A DNA stretch of 64,000 bases from an uncultured beta proteobacterium (GTDB lineage Bacteria; Pseudomonadota; Gammaproteobacteria; Burkholderiales; SG8-39): positions 2,052,499-2,116,498 of the forward strand of contig CAVTJG010000009.1 of NCBI GenBank assembly GCA_963735025.1. Direction: 5' to 3'. Below, in pieces: positions 48,035 through 59,379 of the stretch. Each line of letters starts with the position of its first letter. Positions within the stretch are counted from its first letter, which is position 1. The notes beneath the pieces are model-generated. The model searched no databases and had not been told where the DNA came from. It was given only the letters and a program-made list of their open reading frames with translations. A program made the position numbers and the translations under genes.

Positions 48035-49525
48035 CTATTTCCCGCTTCGACCGATGAGAAACGTGCTCAGCAGCGGGACCGGACGGCCCGTCGATCCCTT
48101 GTTCTTTCCGGACAGCCATGCCGTTCCGGCGATGTCGAGGTGCGCCCACCCGTAGGACTCCGCGAAGCGCGCCAGAAAGCAGGCCGCCGTCACGCTCCCG
48201 GCCGGGCGGCCGCCAATGTTCGCCACGTCGGCAAACGGGCTCTTGAGCTGCTCCTGATAGTCGTCCCACAGCGGCAGGCGCCATGCCCGATCCCACGCGT
48301 CGGTCCCCGCCTCGAGCAGCTCTTCGGCGAGCGTATCCCGGTTGCTGAATAGGCCGCTCGCCACATTCCCGAGCGCGATCACGCAGGCACCTGTCAGGGT
48401 GGCAATGTCGATCACGGCCTGCGGCTTGAAGCGTTCGGCGTAGGTCAGTGCATCGCAGAGGATCAACCGGCCTTCGGCATCCGTGTTCAGGACCTCCACG
48501 GTGCGGCCCGACATGCTGGTGACGATGTCGCCCGGGCGCGTCGCCGCGCCGCCGGGCATGTTTTCCGTGGCCGGAATGATGCCCACGACGTTGCAGGCGA
48601 GCTTCATCTCCGCGACGGCGCGCAAGGTGCCGAGCACGCTTGCGGCGCCGCACATGTCGAATTTCATCTCGTCCATTTCGCCGGCCGGCTTCAGCGAGAT
48701 GCCGCCAGTGTCGAACGTGACTCCCTTGCCCACCAGGACCACCGGCTTCTCGCGCTTCGGGGCGCCGCTGTACTCCACGACGATCAGCTTGGGCGGTTGA
48801 CGCGATCCCCTCGCCACGGACAGTAGCGATCCCATGCCGAGCCGCTCCATGTCGCGGCGTTCCAGCACCTTCACCGCGAGCTTCCACGACTTTCCGAGCT
48901 TGTTCGCTTGCTCGGCAAGGTAGGCAGGCGTGCAGACGTTCGCAGGGAGGTTGCCCAGGTCACGCGCCAGCTCCATCCCGGACGCGATCGCCCGCCCTTG
49001 AGCGAGTCCGCGGTCGCCGGCGGACCCGCGTCCAGGCTGCACGAGTACGAGAGTACGCAACTGACGCGTGGGAGCCTTCTTGCTCTTCATCTCGTCAAAC
49101 CGGTAGAGCGCGTCGGCAGCCGCGATGATTGCGTGGCGCGTCTTCCAGATCACGTCCTTGCCCACGACATGGAGCTCGGGGAAACATAGGTGAACATCGC
49201 GCGCGCCGGTGTCGACGAGCGCTTTCATGGCACCTTTGACCGCGTTGCGGTACTGGCCGGCGCCGAACTCGTTTTCACGCCCCAGGCCGACGAGCAGCAC
49301 ACGCTCGGCCGCGACGTGCGGGACCTCCGAGAGCAGGCGCGTGGTTCCCGTGCGGCCGTCCATGTCACCCCGCTTGAGCACGTCACGCAATTTTCCCCGT
49401 GAGGCCCGATCGAGCGCTTCGGCAGCAGGCGCGAGCTTGCGCTTCTCGAAGACGCCGACGACCACACAACCCGACGCGAGCGATGCGAGATGCTCGGGTG
49501 CTCCTGCTTTTATGCTAAATTCCAA
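48035..49525 (-). CDS. pepA: Leucyl aminopeptidase
   Basis: VGKGVTFDTGG, MKFDMCG, NTDAEGRL, AHLDIAG. Confidence 0.96.
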   Translation of the reverse strand: MEFSIKAGAPEHLASLASGCVVVGVFEKRKLAPAAEALDRASRGKLRDVLKRGDMDGRTGTTRLLSEVPHVAAERVLLVGLGRENEFGAGQYRNAVKGAMKALVDTGARDVHLCFPELHVVGKDVIWKTRHAIIAAADALYRFDEMKSKKAPTRQLRTLVLVQPGRGSAGDRGLAQGRAIASGMELARDLGNLPANVCTPAYLAEQANKLGKSWKLAVKVLERRDMERLGMGSLLSVARGSRQPPKLIVVEYSGAPKREKPVVLVGKGVTFDTGGISLKPAGEMDEMKFDMCGAASVLGTLRAVAEMKLACNVVGIIPATENMPGGAATRPGDIVTSMSGRTVEVLNTDAEGRLILCDALTYAERFKPQAVIDIATLTGACVIALGNVASGLFSNRDTLAEELLEAGTDAWDRAWRLPLWDDYQEQLKSPFADVANIGGRPAGSVTAACFLARFAESYGWAHLDIAGTAWLSGKNKGSTGRPVPLLSTFLIGRSGK

Positions 49526-49791
49526 GTCAGACTCCGAGCGGTTCGTGGTAGTTTTTCGCGGTAGATTTTCGAACTCAGCATTTCGATATCAGCGACAAGA
49601 CATCGGCAGCCATCTTTAGTATCGAATTCGATATCGGCAAAGCGCGAAGTGCGGTGCAATTATCCTCGCTTTGCTTCGTACTCGTCAAAGCGGCGCAATG
49701 ACGCCGTGCGGCGTCCTGCCTCTTCACGACACTCTCTGGCCGCAAGCGTTGCACTGTCGGCCGTGACACTGCGCTACGCGCCAGTTATCCC

Positions 49792-50874
49792 GTGATCTAC
49801 CAGCGCTCTCTCCTGCGCGAAATGAGCAATTACGCCATAGCGATCTTCGTGGCGTTGCTCGGGCTCGCGGCGACATCGGTGATGATTCGGCTGCTCGGGC
49901 GCGCGGCGGGCGGCAGCCTCCCGGTGGAGGCGGTGCTCGGGCTGGTCGGATTCACTGCACTCAACTACATTCCCGTGCTGCTTGCGGTCACGTTGTTCGT
50001 ATCCGTGCTCGCGGGCCTGTCCCGCAGCCACCGGGACTCGGAGATGGTGATCTGGTCGGGCGCCGGATTGTCGCCGATGGACTGGATCCGGCCGGTCATG
50101 AAGTTCGCGGGGCCGCTCATCGTGGTGATCGCGGCGCTCGTGCTCGTTCTTTCGCCCTGGGCAAGCGAGCGCGCGGATGAGTATCGCAATCGTCTCGAGA
50201 GCCAGGAGGATGTCTCGCTTATCTCTCCCGGTGTGTTTCGCGAGCCGCCATCCGGGAAGGCCGTGTTCTTCATCGAGTCGATGAACTCGGAAAAGCAGAC
50301 CGTCGAGAACGTCTTCATCGCCGGAAGCCTGCATGGCCGCGACGGTGTGGTCGTGAGCCGACGCGGCTATATCGAAACGACCGCGGAGGGCGACCGGTAC
50401 GCGGTGCTCGTCGACGGGCGGCGCTACGAAGGCGTGCCCGGGACCGCCGACTACCGGGTCATGGAGTTCAAGCGTTATGCGGTGCTGATCCAGGCGAAGC
50501 GACGGGCTCCATCGTACCGATGGCCCGGCTCGGTGCCGACGCTGGACCTTGTGCGCGACCCGGAGAATCGCGCGTGGCGCGCGGAACTGATGCGACGAAT
50601 CGGATTGCCGCTGGTCGCGCTGAACCTTGCGTTGCTCGCGATTCCGCTCTCGTCGGTCAATCCGCGCGCGACCCGGTCGCTCAACCTGGTTTTCGCCGTG
50701 CTGGCCTACCTCGTGTACAGCAACCTGCTCAACATACTGCAGGCCTGGGTGGCCCAGGGGCGGCTGAGCTTCGCGCTCGGCTGGTGGATTCTGCATGCCG
50801 GGATGCTTGCGCTCACGATGCTCCTGTTCTGGCGTCGCTCGACGCTGCGGTTCGGAATGCGGCGCCGCAAATGA
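49792..50874 (+). CDS. lptF: LPS export permease LptF
   Basis: RDSEMVIW..AG, YjgP/Q topology; divergent from pepA. Confidence 0.92.
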   Translation: MIYQRSLLREMSNYAIAIFVALLGLAATSVMIRLLGRAAGGSLPVEAVLGLVGFTALNYIPVLLAVTLFVSVLAGLSRSHRDSEMVIWSGAGLSPMDWIRPVMKFAGPLIVVIAALVLVLSPWASERADEYRNRLESQEDVSLISPGVFREPPSGKAVFFIESMNSEKQTVENVFIAGSLHGRDGVVVSRRGYIETTAEGDRYAVLVDGRRYEGVPGTADYRVMEFKRYAVLIQAKRRAPSYRWPGSVPTLDLVRDPENRAWRAELMRRIGLPLVALNLALLAIPLSSVNPRATRSLNLVFAVLAYLVYSNLLNILQAWVAQGRLSFALGWWILHAGMLALTMLLFWRRSTLRFGMRRRK

Positions 50875-51944
50875 GCACGTTAAGAAGGTACTTCGCACGC
50901 GAGATCTACCGCGCGAGCGCCTTCGCGATGATCGCGTTCCTGGCGCTCTTCGCGTTCTTCGACATGGTCAACGAGCTCGACGAGCTCGGGACGGGCGGAT
51001 ATCGTCTCCGCCACGCGCTCGCCTTCGTGGTGCTCTCGATGCCCGGCCACGTCTACGAGCTGTTTCCCGTCGCAGTTCTGATCGGCACGCTCGTGGCCCT
51101 TTCGACGATGGCGGCCAATTCGGAGTACACCGTGATGCGTGTCTCGGGGTTTTCGCCAGGTGATGCGGCCCGAATGCTGGCGCGCGTGGGATCCGCGTTC
51201 GTGATTCTCACCGTCATAACCGGCGAATTCGCGGCGCCTGCCGCCGAACGCGCCGCAAAGGAATTGCGCATGGCGAGCCTGGGCTCCACCGTTTCGTCGG
51301 GCCTGCGCAGCGGCGTCTGGTTGAAGTCGGATGCGCGCTTCGTGAACATTCGCGACGTCCTGCCGGACAGCACGCTGCGCGGCGTGCGGATCTTCGAATT
51401 CGACTCCGATCTGAGGCTCGTCTCGCTTAGCGAGGCCGATCGCGGGAATTACCAGGGCAGCAATCTCTGGCGCCTCTACGATGTCACGCGCACGCGGTTC
51501 GAGGGCGATAACGCGTCGGTGAGCAAGCAAGCGGAACAGGACTGGAAGTCGGTGCTGACACCCGACATTCTGTCTGCGCTTCTCGTGCGCCCGGAAAAGA
51601 TGTCGGCGTGGAATCTGTATCAGTACATCACGCTGCTGTCGGAGAACCGGCAACGCACTGACCGTCAGGAGATTGCTCTCTGGCAAAAGCTCATTTACCC
51701 GTTCGCCACGTTGATCATGATGGTGCTCGCCCTGCCGTTTGCCTACGTTCAGGTGCGGTCCGGGGGGGTCGGTATCAAGCTGTTTGCCGGCGTGATGCTG
51801 GGCGTGCTCTTTCACTTTCTCAACAATGTCGGCACGACACTCGGCGTTCTGCAGACCTTTACGCCCTTCACGAGCGCCATCATGCCAAGCGTGCTCTTCC
51901 TCCTCACTGCGATTACGCTCATGTGGTGGGTAGAACGGCGCTGA
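50871..51944 (+). CDS. lptG: LPS export permease LptG
   Basis: ATG 50871; NSEYTVMRVSG, WQKLIYP. Confidence 0.92.
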   Translation: MSTLRRYFAREIYRASAFAMIAFLALFAFFDMVNELDELGTGGYRLRHALAFVVLSMPGHVYELFPVAVLIGTLVALSTMAANSEYTVMRVSGFSPGDAARMLARVGSAFVILTVITGEFAAPAAERAAKELRMASLGSTVSSGLRSGVWLKSDARFVNIRDVLPDSTLRGVRIFEFDSDLRLVSLSEADRGNYQGSNLWRLYDVTRTRFEGDNASVSKQAEQDWKSVLTPDILSALLVRPEKMSAWNLYQYITLLSENRQRTDRQEIALWQKLIYPFATLIMMVLALPFAYVQVRSGGVGIKLFAGVMLGVLFHFLNNVGTTLGVLQTFTPFTSAIMPSVLFLLTAITLMWWVERR

Positions 51945-51972
51945 CTTGATTGTGTGCCGGGAAGGGGGGTAA

Positions 51973-52000
51973 CAGGGGGGAACCAGGCGGTTCCCTCCTG
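51973..52000. terminator. Stem-loop between convergent lptG and RDD genes
   Basis: CAGGGGGGAACC-aggc-GGTTCCCTCCTG; no U-tract, so a terminator role is tentative. Confidence 0.45.
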
Positions 52001-52008
52001 GTCGTGAC

Positions 52009-52533
52009 CTACCGCTTTCGTTCGACAAGAACCAATCGCGTTCCAGAAACTCGATCATACAAGCACTGCCTGTCAGGATCGGCCAGTGCCCAGCCGACGC
52101 TCAGGATGCCTGGCGCGAGGGAGATCCACGCGATGACCGATTCGGGATGCTCTCGCAAGTACAGGCCGGCCGCGAAGCTCGTCCCGATGGTGACCGCTGC
52201 AACGAGGTAGCGCGCAAGGGCGCGTGCCGCCGGGACTTTTTCGCCGCTACGCAGCGTCAATTTCAGGCGCCAGGCCTTCATCGGAAGCGTTTGTCCACGT
52301 TGCCAGAACCAGACAAAGTAAACGCCCAGAATCGCGACGAGGTAGATTTGCAGGATCGCACGCGATGCACCGGTGAGCCGCTCGACCGCTGCCCCGTAAA
52401 AGAGCAGTGTCGCGATGAACAGGATGGCGGCAATCACGAGCGCCTCATACAGCATCGCAGCGAGGCGCCTGAGAACTCCGGCGTGTCGCGCAGCGCCGAG
52501 CGAGGCGCGGGAATCCGTCCCGAGCTGAGGCAT
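52009..52533 (-). CDS. RDD family membrane protein
   Basis: RRLAAMLYE, GQTLPMKAW, LYDRVSGT. Confidence 0.88.
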   Translation of the reverse strand: MPQLGTDSRASLGAARHAGVLRRLAAMLYEALVIAAILFIATLLFYGAAVERLTGASRAILQIYLVAILGVYFVWFWQRGQTLPMKAWRLKLTLRSGEKVPAARALARYLVAAVTIGTSFAAGLYLREHPESVIAWISLAPGILSVGWALADPDRQCLYDRVSGTRLVLVERKR

Positions 52534-52543
52534 GAGGGCGGAA

Positions 52544-53050
52544 CTACTGCGGCCGCAGCCCGAGCGATTCGGACCCCGGTGCGATCGAATCGGAATCGGG
52601 CGCGGGCTCCGCGCTCGAGGCCGCATTTCGCGCGGCTTCGGCTGCACGCACTTTCTCAGCCGCCCGCGCCTCCGCGGCGCGCTTGCGCTGGTACTGTTCC
52701 CACTTGCGGCGCACCGTTGCCTTGCGATCGGGCGGAAGCTGGTCGAACTCGCGAAACCGGGAGCGGGCGTCCTCGCGTTGCTCGGGCGTGAGCGCTACCC
52801 ATTCCCGCATACGCTGCTGCAGACGGTCCTGTTCGCTCGGACTCATCTTGGTGTACCGCCGCGCTACGCTCAGCCATTTCTGCTTGCGCTTTGCGTCCAG
52901 ACTCTGCCACTCGTCGTGAATGGGAGCGAGAATCTGCTGCTGCTGCGGCGTGAGCTGGTCCCAGTTGGGATTTTTCTTGCTAGGGCCCGCGGACATAGCG
53001 GAGGCGGCGAGGAGCAGCCAGAAGGCTACTCCGACGAGCGCTTTAGCCAT
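52544..53050 (-). CDS. DUF3106-like periplasmic protein
   Basis: Signal peptide followed by repeated W..LTP.Q helices. Confidence 0.8.
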   Translation of the reverse strand: MAKALVGVAFWLLLAASAMSAGPSKKNPNWDQLTPQQQQILAPIHDEWQSLDAKRKQKWLSVARRYTKMSPSEQDRLQQRMREWVALTPEQREDARSRFREFDQLPPDRKATVRRKWEQYQRKRAAEARAAEKVRAAEAARNAASSAEPAPDSDSIAPGSESLGLRPQ

Positions 53051-53415
53051 GCCTGAAACCCGTTGTCCAGATAGGCATCGATCGGCAGGTCGCCCTGCAA
53101 GATCCGGATGTCGACCTCCGCGGTGTCCGCCGCCACGAGCGCGCGTTGCTGACTGTCCTGCCAGTAGTTGAAGCCGATCATCCCACCGATCAGCAGCAGC
53201 ACGGGCAGCAGGACGTGCGTGAGCCATTGGGAGGGCCCGGCAAGTCGCACCGAGATGCCATCGACGATGGTCAGCGCCAGCGACCGCTCGACGTGACGTT
53301 GCGCGTCGACGGCCTGCGCGCGTGCCGCCTTGAGGCGCACCAAGACCTCGGCGGGCAAGTCCAGCCCACCGTCAAGGGTTCGCACAATCCTGCGGCCAAA
53401 TTCCCGTTCGTTCAT
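53026..53415 (-). CDS. DUF3619-like putative anti-sigma membrane protein
   Basis: RLKAARAQA, one TM helix, DLPIDAYLDNGFQAWL. Confidence 0.8.
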   Translation of the reverse strand: MNEREFGRRIVRTLDGGLDLPAEVLVRLKAARAQAVDAQRHVERSLALTIVDGISVRLAGPSQWLTHVLLPVLLLIGGMIGFNYWQDSQQRALVAADTAEVDIRILQGDLPIDAYLDNGFQAWLKRSSE

Positions 53416-53978
53416 AGCTCCACACCCTTGGCCTTGAGGACGGCGGCCAGGGCGTGCGTTGCGCGCGAGCAATGTGTTTTGACACTGCCCTCCGAGCATC
53501 CCATAGCGAGCGCGGTCTCGGCAACGTCCAGATCCTCCCAGTAACGCAGGAGGAAAGCCTGGCGTTGACGCGCCGGGAGTTTCTGGACCTCAACATCTAT
53601 CAAATCAACCAGTTGAGACTGCTCCAGGACCTGGAGCGGATCGTTGGCCGGGGCTGTTCGGGAATCCGCTGCGAGGGTCTCGAGCGGGTCGGCGTCGTCC
53701 TCCCCGCGGTTCGGAAACAGGGCCGATAACAACACGGTCCAGGTCGTTCGAACCTTTTGCCTGCGAAAGAAATCGCGGATGGCGTTCTGCAGGATCCGCT
53801 GGAACAGCATCGGCAACTCTTCGGCCGGGCGTGTTCCATACTTGTCCGCCAAGCGCAGCATGGCATCCTGCACGACGTCCAGCGCGACTTCGTTGTCGCG
53901 CACGGCGTAGAGCGCCTGCTTGTAGGCGCGCCGCTCGACGCCGGCGAGAAATGCGGATAACTCGGTACGGGATGCCAG
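53412..53978 (-). CDS. ECF RNA polymerase sigma factor (probable CTG start)
   Basis: DVVQDAM, LPARQRQAFLLRYWE, SEGSVKTHCSRA. The frame extends upstream as LASRTELSAFLAGVERRAYK. Confidence 0.9.
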   Translation of the reverse strand: MASRTELSAFLAGVERRAYKQALYAVRDNEVALDVVQDAMLRLADKYGTRPAEELPMLFQRILQNAIRDFFRRQKVRTTWTVLLSALFPNRGEDDADPLETLAADSRTAPANDPLQVLEQSQLVDLIDVEVQKLPARQRQAFLLRYWEDLDVAETALAMGCSEGSVKTHCSRATHALAAVLKAKGVEL

Positions 53979-54271
53979 GGAATCGCCCCAGTTCTAGTTC
54001 CTGCGAGCGGTGGGTCACCGCCGCGGCATGTTATCAAACTGGGCGCCGCGCGCGTGGCGTAGCGACGGCGACGATCGCGCAGGCGCGCCGGCTTGACCAA
54101 ACGGCAATGACCCCGTAACCTTCGAAGTTTTCGTTATATATTCAACAGTTTCGCCGCCTTTCACCTTCTTGGGGCGTATTGGGGCCATTGCCGGGCCGAT
54201 TTCCGCCGCTCTCCAGCGGCTTTCGACCGGTTCCACAACCCGTCTTTTAAACATAGTTGGCTATTCGTCGC

Positions 54272-55978
54272 ATGGAAATCAGCGGGGCAGAGATCGTCGT
54301 CAAGTGCCTGCAGGCCGAGGGGGTCGAGTACGTGTTCGGCTACCCTGGCGGTGCCGTGCTCGTGATCTACGATGAGCTATTCAAGCAGGACAAGGTCAAG
54401 CACGTGCTGGTTCGCCACGAGCAGGGCGCCGCGCACGCGGCCGACGGCTACTCGCGCGCCAGTCAGAAGACAGGCGTGTGCCTCGTCACGTCCGGTCCGG
54501 GCGTCACCAACGCGGTGACGGGAATCGCCACCGCGTACATGGATTCGATCCCGATGGTGATCATCACGGGCCAGGTGCCCACGCACGCGATCGGGCAGGA
54601 CGCGTTCCAGGAGGTCGACGCGGTGGGCATCACGCGACCCTGCGTGAAGCACAACTTCCTGGTCAAGGACGTGCGCGCCATCGCACCGACGATCAAGAAG
54701 GCGTTCTATCTCGCCCGGACCGGTCGTCCCGGGCCGGTCCTGGTCGACATTCCGAAGGACATCACCATCGCCACCTGCGAGTTCGAGTATCCCGACTCGA
54801 TCTCGATGCGGTCATACAGCCCCGTCACCAAGGGCCATCCGGGCCAGGTGAGGAAAGCCGCGCAGCTGCTTCTCGAAGCGCAACGGCCGATGGTCTACAC
54901 GGGCGGTGGCGTCGTCCTATCGGAGGCGGCACCCCAGCTGATCAAGCTGGTGAAGATGACCGGCTTTCCCATCACGAACACGCTGATGGGGTTGGGCGGA
55001 TATCCCGGCACCGACCCGCAATTCATCGGCATGCTCGGCATGCATGGCACCTACGAAGCCAACATGGCGATGCAGCACTGCGATGTTCTGATCGCCATCG
55101 GGGCGCGTTTCGACGACCGCGTGATCGGCAACCCCGCCCACTTCGGCTCCGTTCCGCGCAAGATCATTCACATCGACATCGATCCTTCGTCCATCTCCAA
55201 GCGCGTCAAGGTCGACGTGCCGATCGTCGGACACGTCCCCGACGTTCTGGAGGATCTGATGCGTCAGCTCGAGCCGCAGCTCGACAAGCTCGACGCCGCG
55301 GCCCTCAAGAGCTGGTGGGCACAGATCGAACTCTGGCGCGCGCGCGATTGCCTGCGCTATGACCGTGCCAGCGCCATCATCAAGCCTCAGCACGTCATCG
55401 AGAAACTCTACGAAGTGACCGGGGGCGACGCATTCATCACCTCGGACGTCGGCCAGCATCAGATGTGGGCGGCGCAGTTCTACAAGTTCGCGAAGCCGCG
55501 TCGGTGGATCAATTCGGGCGGACTGGGGACGATGGGCTTCGGATTGCCCGCCGCCATGGGCGTGCAGCTTGCCAATCCGGGCGCGACGGTGGCCTGCGTG
55601 ACGGGCGAGGCCAGCTTCATGATGTGCATGCAGGAGCTCTCCACCTGCAAGCAGTATCGGCTGCCCATCAAGGTGGTGAATTTGAACAACCGCTACATGG
55701 GTATGGTCCGGCAATGGCAGCAGTTCTTCCACGGCAATCGATATTCCGAGTCGTACATGGATGCGTTGCCGGATTTCGTGAAGCTTGCCGAAGCCTGCGG
55801 ACACATCGGCATGCGGATCGAGAAGCCTGCCGACGTCGAGCCCGCCCTGCGCGAGGCATTCAAGCGCACCGACGATCTCGTGCTGCTCGACTTTCTGACC
55901 GACCAGACGGAGAACGTCTTCCCGATGGTGCCCGGCGGGAAGGGCATGAGCGAGATGATCCTCGCCGAAGAGCTCTGA
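54272..55978 (+). CDS. ilvI: Acetolactate synthase large subunit
   Basis: FGYPGGA, RHEQGA, TSGPG, DVGQHQM, SGGLGTMG. Confidence 0.96.
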   Translation: MEISGAEIVVKCLQAEGVEYVFGYPGGAVLVIYDELFKQDKVKHVLVRHEQGAAHAADGYSRASQKTGVCLVTSGPGVTNAVTGIATAYMDSIPMVIITGQVPTHAIGQDAFQEVDAVGITRPCVKHNFLVKDVRAIAPTIKKAFYLARTGRPGPVLVDIPKDITIATCEFEYPDSISMRSYSPVTKGHPGQVRKAAQLLLEAQRPMVYTGGGVVLSEAAPQLIKLVKMTGFPITNTLMGLGGYPGTDPQFIGMLGMHGTYEANMAMQHCDVLIAIGARFDDRVIGNPAHFGSVPRKIIHIDIDPSSISKRVKVDVPIVGHVPDVLEDLMRQLEPQLDKLDAAALKSWWAQIELWRARDCLRYDRASAIIKPQHVIEKLYEVTGGDAFITSDVGQHQMWAAQFYKFAKPRRWINSGGLGTMGFGLPAAMGVQLANPGATVACVTGEASFMMCMQELSTCKQYRLPIKVVNLNNRYMGMVRQWQQFFHGNRYSESYMDALPDFVKLAEACGHIGMRIEKPADVEPALREAFKRTDDLVLLDFLTDQTENVFPMVPGGKGMSEMILAEEL

Positions 55979-55999
55979 CCCGGCCCGCGGACCGAAGAC

Positions 56000-56491
56000 A
56001 TGCGCCACATCATTTCTACCCTGCTGGAAAACGAATCCGGCGCGCTTTCGCGCGTCGCGGGACTGTTCTCCGCGCGGGGCTACAACATCGAATCGCTCAC
56101 AGTGGCGCCGACCGAGGATCCTTCGCTCTCGCGCATGACCATCGTCACCACCGGCTCGGACGACGTGATCGAGCAGATCACCAAGCAGCTGAACAAGCTG
56201 GTGGACGTCGTTAAGGTCGTGGACCTCTCCGAGGCGCCCCACATCGAACGCGAGCTGATGCTGATCAAGGTGCGCGCCACCGGCAAGGATCGCGAGGAGA
56301 TGAAGCGAATGGCCGAAATATTTCGCGGCCGGATCCTGGACGTCACCGACGCGACCTACACGATCGAGTTGACAGGCGCCGGCGAAAAGCTCGACGCGTT
56401 CATCGAAGCGCTCGACCGGGCCGCAATTCTCGAGACCGTGCGCACCGGGGCGTCCGGAATCGCGCGCGGCGAACGGGTATTGAAAGTCTAG
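56000..56491 (+). CDS. ilvH: Acetolactate synthase small subunit
   Basis: ENESGALSRVAGLFSARGYNIESL, ERELMLIKV. Confidence 0.96.
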   Translation: MRHIISTLLENESGALSRVAGLFSARGYNIESLTVAPTEDPSLSRMTIVTTGSDDVIEQITKQLNKLVDVVKVVDLSEAPHIERELMLIKVRATGKDREEMKRMAEIFRGRILDVTDATYTIELTGAGEKLDAFIEALDRAAILETVRTGASGIARGERVLKV

Positions 56492-56615
56492 CCGGGGGTG
56501 AATTGCAGAGGGGGCGGGGAGCAGGGTGAAGCTCCGTGCGCATCATTGTCCCCGATCATCACCTTCCCGCTGACCAAACCAAGCACTTGAACAGACTCCT
56601 GACGTCACACTGTAA

Positions 56616-57653
<1,038 letters not shown>

Positions 57654-57696
57654 CCAGCCGGATCCGCGCAAGAAGGCCTCCCGCTCACGAGTCTCG

Positions 57697-58338
57697 ATGA
57701 CCGACTACCCCCATCCCATCATCGCGCGCGAGGGCTGGGGCCACGTCGCCGTTGCGATCGCCGTCGCGCTGGCAGTTGGTTGGTTCGCCGGCTGGTGGTG
57801 GTCGGTTCCGCTGTGGATCGCCGCGGTCTTCGTTCTGCAATTCTTTCGCGATCCGCCGCGCGAGATTCCGGGCACCGAGCGGACGGTCGTCTCGCCCGCC
57901 GATGGCCGGATCGTGGCCATCGAGAAAGCGAAGGATTCCTATCTCGAGCGCGATGCACTGAAGGTCAGCGTATTCATGAACGTGTTCAACGTGCACGCGA
58001 ACCGCTCGCCGGTGGACGGGGAGGTAAAGGATCGCTGGTATTCGCAGGGAACCTTCGTCAATGCGGCCCTCGACAAGGCGTCTGCCCAAAACGAGCGCAA
58101 TGCGCTCTGGATCCGCACGCCGGCCGGAGCGGATGTGACGTGCGTGCAGATCGCGGGACTCATCGCGCGGCGCATCCTCTGTTACGTCAAGGCGGGGGAG
58201 CGTTTGCGCCGCGGTGAGCGATTCGGCTTCATCCGATTCGGCTCGCGCGTGGATGTCTACCTTCCGCTCGACGCCACCGTTAAAGTGGAGCTCGGTCAGG
58301 CAGTGAGTTGCGGCGCCACCGTGCTTGCGGAGCTCTGA
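57697..58338 (+). CDS. psd: Phosphatidylserine decarboxylase
   Basis: FFRDP, SPADG, FNVH, FGSRVD pyruvoyl site. Confidence 0.93.
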   Translation: MTDYPHPIIAREGWGHVAVAIAVALAVGWFAGWWWSVPLWIAAVFVLQFFRDPPREIPGTERTVVSPADGRIVAIEKAKDSYLERDALKVSVFMNVFNVHANRSPVDGEVKDRWYSQGTFVNAALDKASAQNERNALWIRTPAGADVTCVQIAGLIARRILCYVKAGERLRRGERFGFIRFGSRVDVYLPLDATVKVELGQAVSCGATVLAEL

Positions 58339-58342
58339 AGCC

Positions 58343-59101
58343 ATGGCACGACTACGACGCGGTGGCAAGGGTTTCCTGCGGGGCACGCTGCGCAGGCGCG
58401 GCATCTACCTGTTGCCCAATCTTCTCACCACGGGCGCGCTCTTCGCGGGCTTCTACGCCATCGTGCAGGCGATGAATTCGCGGTTCGAGCAGGCAGCCAT
58501 CGCGGTGTTCGTCGCGATGGTACTCGACGGGCTGGACGGGCGCGTTGCGCGTATGACGCGCACGCAGAGCGAATTCGGCGCGGAGTACGACAGCCTGTCC
58601 GACATGGTCTGCTTCGGCGCTGCGCCGGCGCTGATCATGTACGAGTGGGCACTGCAGGGGCTGGGTCGGACAGGTTGGATCGTCGCTTTCGTCTATTGCG
58701 CCAGCGCGGCGTTGCGGTTGGCGCGCTTCAATACGAACATCGAGATCGTCGACAAGCGCTACTTTCAGGGATTGCCGAGCCCCGCGGCCGCCGCGCTGGT
58801 GGTCGGATTCATCTGGGTGAGCGACGATTTACAGATCGCGCGGGTGGAAACGGTGCGCTGGCTCGCGGCCTTGCTGACTTTTTATGCCGGAGTCACGATG
58901 GTGGCGAACGTCCCGTTCTACAGCTTCAAGGATTTCAACCTGCGGCGCAGCGTGCCGTTCTGGGCGGTCCTGCTCATCGTGCTAGCGCTCGTGATGGTCT
59001 CGGCCAATCCGCCGCTTGTCCTGTTCGGGCTCTTCGTCGCCTACGGGTTTTCCGGCTACGTCATGTGGCTCTGGAAGCGGCGTCGCAGGCTGCCGCGTTG
59101 A
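58343..59101 (+). CDS. pssA: CDP-diacylglycerol--serine O-phosphatidyltransferase
   Basis: LPNLLT, DGLDGRVAR..FGAEYDSLSD, LRLARFN. Confidence 0.93.
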   Translation: MARLRRGGKGFLRGTLRRRGIYLLPNLLTTGALFAGFYAIVQAMNSRFEQAAIAVFVAMVLDGLDGRVARMTRTQSEFGAEYDSLSDMVCFGAAPALIMYEWALQGLGRTGWIVAFVYCASAALRLARFNTNIEIVDKRYFQGLPSPAAAALVVGFIWVSDDLQIARVETVRWLAALLTFYAGVTMVANVPFYSFKDFNLRRSVPFWAVLLIVLALVMVSANPPLVLFGLFVAYGFSGYVMWLWKRRRRLPR

Positions 59102-59144
59102 TCCGCTGCGTGGGTCCGCGTGGGTCCGATATGTCAAGCGCTTA

Positions 59145-59291
59145 TTGCATCGGTCCAGAATTGCCGCTATAGTCTCCCGCATGGCTCCCGACGCCACCAC
59201 GTTTAGAGTGTTTCAAGTGCTCCAAGTGCTCCAAGCGCTCCCGCTGCTCAGCGGCGCGCTGCTTCTGCTGCTGCGCCCCGCGCGCAGCTAA
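59145..59291 (+). promoter_or_regulatory. leuA promoter and Leu-rich leader peptide (ORF 59181-59291)
   Basis: TTGCAT-N17-TATAGT ending 7 nt before ATG 59181; peptide MAPDATTFRVFQVLQVLQALPLLSGALLLLLRPARS*. Confidence 0.75.
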
Positions 59292-59379
59292 AACCCACCC
59301 CCCAATTCGAGCAGTATCCCGCCGCGGCGCCTCCAGGGCACCGCGGGAAGCCCGTGCCGCCCTGTGAACGGAGAACGCC

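Noticed and set aside
59108-59127. GCGTGGGTCC x2 after the pssA stop
   Set aside because: Only two short units in GC-rich DNA; no supportable function.
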